Assembly (NCBI RefSeq): GCF_036321535.1
Contig: NC_087437.1
Span: 36,830,001 to 36,894,000 of the forward strand
Length of the DNA: 64,000 nucleotides
Direction of reading: 5' to 3'
Source of the DNA: Camelus dromedarius
Lineage: Eukaryota
Shown here in pieces: positions 54,421 to 64,000 of this stretch; positions within the stretch are counted from its first letter, which is position 1, and every line of letters starts with the position of its first letter. Both the position numbers and the translations under genes were made by a program. Under the pieces are notes generated by a model. It was not told the DNA's origin. It searched no databases and saw only the letters and a program-made list of their open reading frames with translations.

Positions 54421-57352
54421 GTTCTGTGTGTATTATGTGATGATCTGTCATACAAAGTCATAGGATAAGCAGGAGTTACCCAATATGGTAGGAGAATCAA
54501 CTGTTGAGTACTCTTTCTCTCTTTCTTTTTTATATTACTATACTAGAACAGTTGACTTATGTTTATATAAATAGTGGAATCTTCATGCTAATTATAATGT
54601 GATGGAAAGTAATCTTTGAAATATTTTCACCATTTTCATCAGATAATTACTGCAAAAAATGTTAAATATACAAGTTAAAATTTAGTTACCTTTTTCCTTG
54701 TATAGAAGTAGTACTTACAAATACTCTGATTCTCATATTATGTGTCAAATGCTGGGGCAGGTGAGGTAGTATATAATGTGCTCTTCTAGTAAAATTTATT
54801 TTTTAAAAATGAGAAGGTAACTAATTTAGACAAAAATCTTATTACCAACAACCGATTTTGGAAATTTTAACATTGTTATGTGATATTTTGAAACATAAAA
54901 ATCAATTGTATTCACCTATGAAAGATGAAAGGTCTAATATCTACAGAATAAACAAAAATCATCAAAACACAATATGTATATATATATGTGAAGGAGAAAC
55001 AGAGAGATTGTAAATATGTCATCACAGGCTTTTTTAAATTTGAAAATTGTAGAAAATGAAATTTACTTTGTGTTTAGCCTAAGAAATTGTGAAGCACTTA
55101 TCTTTAATTCAAAATTGTTGTAAACAGATGTGACCAGAAGGTGGTGGTTATAAACAAAAATATCAAACAATGTTAGTGGCACTGGGTTTTCATGGTGTGA
55201 GAATCAAGGGACTTGTCTCTATGTGGAAAAAAGTGTAAGTCTCAGAAAATGTAGATAAATTTAGTTTTATGTCTGAAGTGATTAATATGAACAATAAAGG
55301 ACAAGTACAAAATGTATAGAGCCTGGAACTTATAAAATATTGGAGAACCTTTTTACCTTGAATGGGGCTCCAGCAAGTGCAGGGCCCTGAACCTCAAGCT
55401 TCACAGTGAATTCACGACCAGGCATAATTAATGAGAATTCTTTCTTTCCTACACAAGCCATATTTAATGATTTTTCACAGTTATATAAATGATGTCACTC
55501 AAGGCATAATGTGCAAACAGTCAAAAAGGTTACTCTTCAGGTGGGTAAAAACAAGCTCAGTGTCAAAGAGTGACGGCTAGAGCCTTCAGCTCTTTAAATT
55601 GAGCAAACACAGAAAGGAAAATGTGTTAATCATGGCAAAGAATAGGGCATATTCTAAATTACTATCACTTCATGCCTTTAACTCAATCTAATTAAAAACA
55701 AAAGTCGTTCTTTATTATTAGTTCCTGCAACCTGCTGTTTTCCTTGCAGGACACCTCATTAGATAGCAGGTGAGTTTAAATACTTGTATTTCCTCTTGCA
55801 AACATTGTTTCATTCAATTTTGATAAATTAAAATGTGATTTTTACAAAATTCCACTTCTTAATTCTATAAGACTATGAATTCTGAAGAAATCTATTCTAT
55901 CATTAATCTGTTTGTTTTAGCTAAAACAATGTCTATACAAATTACTTCCTGTGTTACTAAGCTATAGGAAGTTATCTAATGTTCTTTCATATTAACAAAA
56001 AGTTTAGCACCTCCTATGTGCTTGGCATTGCTCTCAAAGCTGGGGGAATAAATTATACCAAAACTATGCTTGCTCTCCTGTAGTTTACACTCTGTTGGAA
56101 TGAGACGGACAAAAAAGTAGTTTCTCCTTTGCAAATTTTTCAGAGGAAATGTATGCATTTATATTCCATAAATAGATTAGTGACCATAATTATCAAAAAT
56201 ATTGTCCTAATGTCCAGCTTCCTCATGTAATCCAAAATGAGTTTATCTTCATATTTGTATGAATATTGATTATATGCTTACCATACTTCTTAGATAAGCA
56301 TTGTGTCTGCTAAATTTGGGACTAACCAATGAATCTAATATTATTGAAATTAATTGTCATGTCTTCAATTGAGGGAAGTATGATATCTATACAGTTGTTT
56401 TCATTCTTCATATGCAGGCAGATATAATCTGGAGACAGCCAAAACCAGAGGAAAAAACACACCAAACAACACACCAAGAGAAAAATGGAAAGAGTGGCAT
56501 CTTACAATGATAGCAGGCAAATAAAAAGTTTCAATTCAGGCCATGGAAACAGGAATTAACTTTCCTAGACCGTGTCTCATCTATTTAAGGATTATACACA
56601 TAACATTGTGAGACTCTCATTATCATACATCTTACATGAAAATTGAAACTTGAAGTTGTTTTAACATTGATACAGTTTTTCACTATTGTTTTTGGGGACT
56701 CAAGTGGCCTTTTCTAGGTGAATATTTCCAAACCTATCGATGATGGGTTTAATATACTTTGACTATCAACACATTGCACTTTAGGAAAGACTATGATAGG
56801 GACTCTTTAGGGAGGATGCTTACAGTATGCTATACTCCTGTAAGAGCAGGGATTTTTTACACAGTTCATGATGTTTCTAACACACATAGTTTGGTGCAAT
56901 TTGATGTAAATGTTGGTATTTCTTTAACACAGTGAGTCTGTGTGGTATGGGAACAATTAATTGTATTTATAGTAAGAAAAGCCAAGTTTTCTTGTTGGTC
57001 TTGTCATGCAAATGATTTCAACAAGTTGTATAATTGTCCTTAATCTCAGCTGTGTTATATGCAGTCCTTCAATAATTATTCTAAACTCATAGAGTTGAAG
57101 ATGAAATAAAACCACCAATGCATACATTTATTCATCCATTCATTCATTTATTGAGTGAGTATTTCTTTGGTTTCTCTATAAAAGAGACACTGCTAAGCAG
57201 TGAACATAAAATAATATTTTTTAAGTGACATTTTGATTTCTGCTCTCAGGGAACCTAAAGTCTAATGGGTGAGGCAGATATTATTAAAATACTTGCACAA
57301 GTAGAAATTTAACTTTGGTAAGAGCTAAGGAGAAAAAATAGGCAGTATTATT

Positions 57353-59705
57353 ATTTTTAATTGAAGTATAGTTGATTTACAGTGTTACGTAGTTCCAGGT
57401 GTACAACATAGTGATTCGATAGTTTTACAGATATTTCATTTATAGTTATTATAAAATATTGGTTTTAAACCCTATGCTACACATTTCACTTTTTGTATCT
57501 TATTTATTTTAAACCTAGTAGTTTATACCTCTTAGTCTCTTTCCTCTATATATTCCCTCCCTTCAGCCCTCTCCCCACTGCTACTCAATAGGTTCTTCTC
57601 TGTATCTATTCTAGTCTGTTCCTGTTTTATTATATTCATGCATTTGTTTTAGTTTGAAGTTTCCACATGTAAGTGATAAGAAAGTGTTTGTCTTTCTCTG
57701 TCTGACTTACTTCACTTTTTCCCTTTCAGCACTTTAAATACCTCATGCCACTCCCTTCTGGCCTGCAAAGTCTTTGCAGAAAAATCAGGTGATGGCCTCA
57801 TAGGGGTTCCCTTTTATGTGACTCTATGTTTCTCCTGCTGCCTCTAATTCTCTTTAACTTTTGCTGTTTCGGTTATTATATGTCATGGTGTCATTCTCTT
57901 TGGGTTCATCTTGTTTGAGATTCTCTCTGCTTCCTGTACCTAGATGTCTGTTTCCTTCTTCATATTCTGGAAGATTTTAGCCATAATTTTATCAAATACA
58001 TTTTTCACACTTCTCTTTCTCTCTTTTCCCTTTGGAACCCCTGTATTGCAAATATTAGTACACTTGATGTTTTTCCTTAAATTGTTATCATATTTTTACG
58101 TTTTTTTTTGCTCTTCTGATTGAGTGATTTCCATTAATCTATCTTCCAGATTAATTACACTTTTTCTATATCACCAAATCCACTGTTAATTCTCTCTTGT
58201 ACAGTTTTTCAGTTCAGTTATTATATCCTACATCTTTGAATGGTTCTTTTTTATATTTCTAGTTTTTAGTTAAAATGCTCACTGTGTTCATATTTTCTTT
58301 TCCCCAGTTCAGTAAGTATTCTTATTACTATTGCTTTGAACCCTTTTTCAGGTAAATTATTTATCCCTGTTTTGTTAGGGTTTTTTCAGAGTTTTTGTGG
58401 TGGTGGTTGTTCTTTCATTTGAAACATAGTCCTCTATTTTCTCATCTTGTTTTATTTTCTCTGTTTCTATGAAATTAGGTGAAGCATTTACAGATCCCAG
58501 CCTTGAAGGCATGTCCTTGTGTGGGAGTACCCTATGTAGTCTCTGTGTGCCCAGTGGCTTAGGTGGGAGAACTGGATCTAAAGGGAGCATGGGCTGTGCC
58601 TTCCCCTGGGTTATACTGGCAGCTATCACCTTAGTGAGAGATAGGGCTGGATTTGCAGGGACTAGAGCCAAAAGCAGGCTTCTTCTGTGCTCTGGCCATC
58701 ACCACCCTATAGGGGGTGGGGTCAGAGCCCAAGGGGCTGGAGTAGTTTCCCTGAAAGATTTTGGTTTCTCCTAAGTATAATGGCAATTTCTGCCTTGGTT
58801 TTAAACATGACTGAGTCCTGAGGGCTTAGAGCTGCACTTCCATGAAGGTTTCACTTTTCCCCTGGTTTGCAAGCCTTGGTTGGAGGCTAAGTCAGGGCCA
58901 GAGGGGTGGATGCCCCATTCCTGAGGTGACCCTTCCCCCTCCCAGGTGTGCTCAGGAACATGCGCCCCTGAAATGGTGGTCTCTGCCCTGGAGCTAACCT
59001 TGCTCCCTCTGAAATATGTGCAGGGATGTTTGACTAACAATTACTGCTTCCTCCCTGGTCAGAGGCAGGAACAGGGTCTGAGCCAGCTCTGCCCCCTCCA
59101 AGTATGCACAGTCTCATTGGCAACAGCAGAGTCCACCTTAGTTAGGAGCAGCACCAGAATATGAGAGGCTGGAGCAGGAGTCTGATTCGGGATGGGAGGT
59201 GCACTGGGCAGTCCTGTCATGCCAGCCAAAGCCCCAGGCAGTTTTCAGTCTGCTGCCTCCACACTGTGACTGGGAGTATACACATTGATGCGTGCTCTCT
59301 TCGCAGACTGTGCAGGCAAATCTGTGCACACAGAGTCTCAGTTTCTTGTAGCCCTCTGGCAAGCCCCATGCGTTTTCTAACTAACGAAGGGAGCTTGTCT
59401 TCCTGGTGCACTGAGGTGCCTGATATGTGGCTCAAAACCTTTGCTCCACAAGGAGGATCTCCTAGCTTGTGGTATCCCCCTCCTTCCCTGTGTCCTCTAC
59501 CAGAGGTGTGGGTCCCAACCGAATTGCTTCTCCCTTCCTAACAGGCTCCATGTGGATCTTACTTTACAGCCTTGGTTGTAGAAGAGCTGTTCTGCAGGTC
59601 AATTTCAGTGAGAGTAATTACTACTCTATATGTAATTGTAGTTTTGTTGTGTTCATGAGAGGAGATGAACCCAGTGTCCTACTCCGCCGTCTTGATATTT
59701 TTCGT
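57353..59705 (-). mobile_element. ORF2-less L1 (5'UTR + decayed ORF1 fused to the last codons of ORF2 and 3'UTR), inserted in an L2 remnant
   Basis: 5' end CAAGACGGCGGAGTAG near 59694; ORF1 to ...REWHEVFKVLKGK joins SEVSQTEKDK at ~57717; degenerate TSD ataggcagtattatt (57338-57352) / atatgcagtgttgtt (59706-59720), 12/15 identical. Confidence 0.85.
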
Positions 59706-60141
59706 ATATGCAGTGTTGTTTGAGCATGAAGCATAAAATAGGGACCTCAGTCTATGGGTCAAGCAAGAATTCCTTTAGGTATTAACATTTCCATAGCTCA
59801 TGACACTACTTAATCTTATATTATTTAGGGACTTACTAGATGTGTATCTGAGAATATAAACTCCATGAGGGCAGGGATTTCAGGATTTTGTTTGCTGCTT
59901 TATCTCCTAGTGCCTAAAATAGTGCATGAATAAATGGATGGATGAAGATAGCACAGTGCATATCATGTTGGTAAATTAAATAATGACTGTCTTCCGTGTT
60001 CATTTTGTGATGCTTCATAGAAACTCAATTTTTTTTCAAAATTTTAAATTTTTGAGAAACTTCAGATGTGAGAAATGTATTTTTAACTTATTCGTTAGAC
60101 ATTCCATCAACATTTATTGGGTGACTGCTATTGCCAAACAC

Positions 60142-60390
60142 TGTGTTACTAAAAGTAAAAACAACTGTGTTTGTCTTCTTCTATGCTCTGAGAACATTTC
60201 TGATATCAAATGTCCAGAGTTTTCAACTGCAACCAATGCTCTAACACACGAGACACCAACTGGGTATCCTACAATTCAATTACGGCACTACATAGAGTTG
60301 GTACAGATTCCACAGTGAATCCACAGGTTACCCACACTTTTGTCCCACTTGACTAAAAATCAGGGTTTCCCATGACCCCTCCTCAGTCCT
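60142..60390. mobile_element. MER21-like LTR fragment
   Basis: gacaccaactgggtatcctacaattcaatt...aaatcagggtttcccatgacccctcctcag. Confidence 0.7.
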
Positions 60391-60699
60391 GTAAAAAAAA
60401 TTAAGTAACAGAGTGTTTAATGTGCTACATTAATAAGAGCTGCCATTCGTTGGCTATCTAAAAAGAACTCAAACTTTAATTTGAATTAATTTATCTCTAA
60501 TTATCTCTATAACCATGAAAGAAAGATATTACCTCTATTCTTTAATTATGGAAACTGAAGAACCACTAATTTAAGAAGATTATTTATACCGGACTTGACA
60601 GAACTGGTGATTTGGACCTAGCACTGCCGACTTCTTAATTTCTCTTTAGACTTCCTTTACCCATATTATTCAGAAGCTTGTTGCTTATTCAACAAATAC

Positions 60700-63600
60700 C
60701 TCGGGATTTTCCAGCTATTTTTCTGCTGTTGATTTCTAGTTTAATTACTTTGTGGTCTGAGAACATTTTTGTATGATTTCCATTTTTTAAAATTTTGTTA
60801 GGATGTGTTTTAAGGCCCAGAATGTAGTCCGTATTGGTGAATGTTCCATATGAGCTTGAGAAGAGTGTATATTTTGCTGATGTTGAATGAAATGTTCTGT
60901 AAATGTCAATTAGATCCTGTTGATAGATGGTGCTGTTCAGTTCAAATATATCCTTACTGATTATCTGCCTGCTGAATCTGTCAATTACTGAGAGAGGAGT
61001 GTTGAAGTGTCCAACTGTAATAGTGGGTATGACTATTTCTCCTTGTAGTTTGCATTAGTTTGCAGGGGCTACTATAACAAAGTACCACCGACTGGATGGC
61101 TTAAACAGCAGACACTTACTTTCTAACAATTCTGGAGACTTAGAAGTCTGAAATCAAGGTGTCAGCAGACTTGCTTTTTCTCAGAGCTCACTCCTTGGCT
61201 TGTAGATGGCTTTCTTCTCTATCTTCACATGATCTCCCTCTGTGTGTATCTGTGTCCTAATCTCCTCTTTTCTTAAATTACATCTGTCTTATTGGATTAA
61301 GGCCTACATTAATAACCACATGTTAACATTATTAAATCTTTGAAGACCTTATCTTTAAGTACAGTCACATTCTAATGTACTGGAGCATAGGACTTCAACA
61401 TAAGAATTTTGAAGGGACGCAATTAAGGCTAACATAGTTCTATCAATTTTTGCCTCACATATTTGAATGCTCTGTTGTTATATGTATACACATTAAGGAT
61501 TGTTATGTTTTAGAGAATTGAGCCTTTTATGATTATGTAACATCTCTCTTTATCCCTGATCATTTTTGTTTTTCTGAAGTCTCCCTGCTTTGTCTGAAAT
61601 TAATATGGCTGACTCGAACTCCTTTGGTTAATGTTAGAATGGTTCATCTTTCTCTATCCCTTTTAATATGAGTCTTTATATTTATAATGGCTATCCTATA
61701 GAAAACATAGTTTGATCTTGCTTTTTTGTCTACTCTGTTTAATTCCTGAATTTAGACCATTCACATTTAAAGTGATTATTGATTTGTTGGATCACTGTCA
61801 TGTTTATATCTGTTTTCTACTCATTGAACTAGTTCTTTTTTTTAAATTCCTTTTTTTTTTTTTTGCTTTTCTCTCATTTTTCCTTGTTTTAACTGAGCAT
61901 TTTATGTGATTCTAGTTTCTCTTCTCTTAACACACCAGTTATACTTTGTCTAAAAACAATTTTAATAAATGTCTGAATTTTACAATAAATGTCTATAACT
62001 AATCTTAATCCACTTTCAAATAACATTATATCACTCCACAGGTAGTATAGGTAGCTTGTAATTGAGTTTTTCCAAGTCCATCTTCCAATTCCTTATTCAC
62101 TGATCCCATTCATTTCACTTAACCCATAAGCTATAATCACCTAATACATTGCTGCTATTATTGTTTTTTAATTATCTATTAAAACAGTTAAGAATAAACA
62201 ATTTTTTTTAATAATCTGACCTTTATTCTTTCTCTAATGCTCTTCTTTCTTTATGTAGACCTGAGTTTCTGATACATTTTCTTCCTCTGTGAATAACATT
62301 TTAACATTTCTTGCAAGACATGTCTACTATCAACACATTCCCCTACTTTTTTGTTTTTCTGAGAAAGTTTTCTTTTCTCCTTCACTTTTGAAAGAAAATT
62401 TTGCTAGATAGAGAATTTTAAGTTGCAAAGTTTTTCTTTCAATACTTTGAATAGTCTACTCCACTATCTTTTTGCTTTCATGATTTTTGAAGAGAATTCC
62501 AAGGTAATCATTATCCTTGCTCCTCTATAGGTAAGACTCCCCTTTCTTCTGGCTTCTTTCAAGATTTCATCTTTGGTTTTTATGTAGTTTAATTTTGCTA
62601 TGTCCAAGTGTAGATATTTTTGTTATTTAATCTTGCTTTGTGTTCTCTGAACTCCTGGATTTGTGGCTTAGTGTTTGTCAACACTTTTGAGAAATTCTCA
62701 GCCATTATTACTACAAATATTTCTACTACTCTATTCTCTCTCTCTTATATGTATTTTGTACATTTTGTAATTGTCTCACACTTCTTGAATATTCTGTACT
62801 CTATTTTTCATTCTTACTTTAACTTTTGCTTTCCAGTTTTCAGAGCTTTTATTGATGTATCTTCTAACACACTGATTCTTCTTCAGCTATGTCCAGTCTA
62901 CTGATGAGAATCAAAGGCATTCTTCATTTCTTTTAAAATGTTTGGTTTCTAGCATCTCACTTTAATTTGTTCTCAGAATTTCCCTTACACTGCTTACATT
63001 GCACATCTGTTCTTGAATGTCATCCACTTTTTCTAATAGAGAGCACAACATATTATTATAGTTATTTAAAATTCCAGGTCTGATAATTTCAAAATCTCCG
63101 TCATATGTTAGTGTGGTTCTAATGCTTGCTTTGTCTCTTCAGAATATGCTTTTCTTGAATTTTAGCATAACTTGCAATTTTTTTGTTGAAAGCTAAACAT
63201 GATGTATTGGTTAATAGAAAAGGAGATAAATGGGCCTGAAGTATGAGGTTTTATATTCATCTTGTAGAAGTTAGGCTGTGTTTAATGTTTCCTGTAGCTA
63301 TAGATGTCAGAGGCTTCAGTTACCTCTAATGTCTTTATTTATGTCTCCAGTTGCTGTCCTGTTTCTCTAGAAACTTCTTAAATAGAGCCTGTTTCTAACA
63401 GCTCTCTCAGTTGTAATTCACTGTTACACTGGAGTCCTATTGATAAGGTGGTAAAATATTGGGGAGGGAAAATATTATATAATCATATGTTTAAATCTTA
63501 GTGTTTTAAAAGTCAAGAGTCCCTGAGCTATGACCTTCAGAAGAGTTTCTTAGGATTTTTTTCCTCCCTGTATGTGTGACAGGGAGGGTAGAAGGACTCA

Positions 63601-64000
63601 AGGTGTATCTAATGACGTGTTAGATTCTGGTAAAGCTATTTCCTGTGAAGGTACGACTTTGCTACTGAGAACAGAATGTTCTGGGCATATGTCAAAAATG
63701 ATTCCTTTTCCCTTCTCCTTACTAAAAGCAGGAGGAAACTTTTCTCCAATCATCACTGTGAGAAACTAATAGGCTCTTGGATGTAAAGTTGTGGAAAACA
63801 TGGAAGCAACTATATGACTGGTACGCCAGGAGTTTTTAACTTCCAAGTTAATCCACGTTCAGCTTCTGGAAATCAGTGTATTACTGTTTAAGCGTTCTTA
63901 CCAGTCACTGACTCCAGTGGCTTCTACTACCTATATGTCATAATTCTCTGTTGTTTGACTTTCTCCAGTTTTTAGGGCATCAGTTTGCCCTGTCACCTCA
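60700..64000 (-). mobile_element. Old L1M fossil (start of ORF2, spacer, ORF1, 5' region), decayed
   Basis: Antisense EN-domain text tggtgaatgttccatatgagcttgagaagagtgtatatttt, gtgttgaagtgtccaactgtaa; ORF1 antisense gaaattctcagccattattact. Confidence 0.85.
61051..61434 (-). mobile_element. MaLR solo LTR (MLT1B/C-like) nested in the L1M fossil
   Basis: TG...CA termini with perfect 5-bp TSD TAGTT (61046-61050 and 61435-61439); host L1 text reads through when the LTR is removed. Confidence 0.9.

Noticed and set aside
58375..59723. Several 70-126 aa ORFs
   Set aside because: They lie in the GC-richer decayed 5'UTR of the ORF2-less L1
1..64000. Prokaryotic-type systems (CRISPR arrays, operons), rRNA or tRNA genes
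   Set aside because: The sequence is mammalian repeat-rich DNA; no repeat-spacer array or structured RNA gene was seen

Overview
AT-rich mammalian DNA (intronic or intergenic) made mostly of transposable elements. The young L1 3' ends resemble camelid-type (alpaca/camel) L1s, and I saw no Alu, Bov-tA or PRE1 SINEs; the species call is an inference. No host protein-coding gene could be recognised. The main feature is a full-length ~7.1 kb LINE-1 on the minus strand (38844-45936). It has uninterrupted ORF1 (300 aa) and ORF2 (1265 aa), a CpG-rich 5'UTR with a YY1 motif, a 12-bp target-site duplication (TSD), a candidate 14-nt 3' transduction, and a 404-nt inter-ORF spacer. The spacer carries its own strong-Kozak 75-codon ORF, whose stop lies just past the ORF2 ATG. 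Also present: a 5'-inverted (twin-primed) L1, two ORF2-less 'half-L1'-like copies broken at nearly the same ORF1 position, a class II (ERVK-like) solo LTR with a 6-bp TSD, Tigger1, MaLR LTRs, MER58, older L1M/L2/MIR fossils, and an unassigned ~2.5 kb stretch that may be a decayed coding exon. Repeat family names come from recognition by eye and were not confirmed by a database search.
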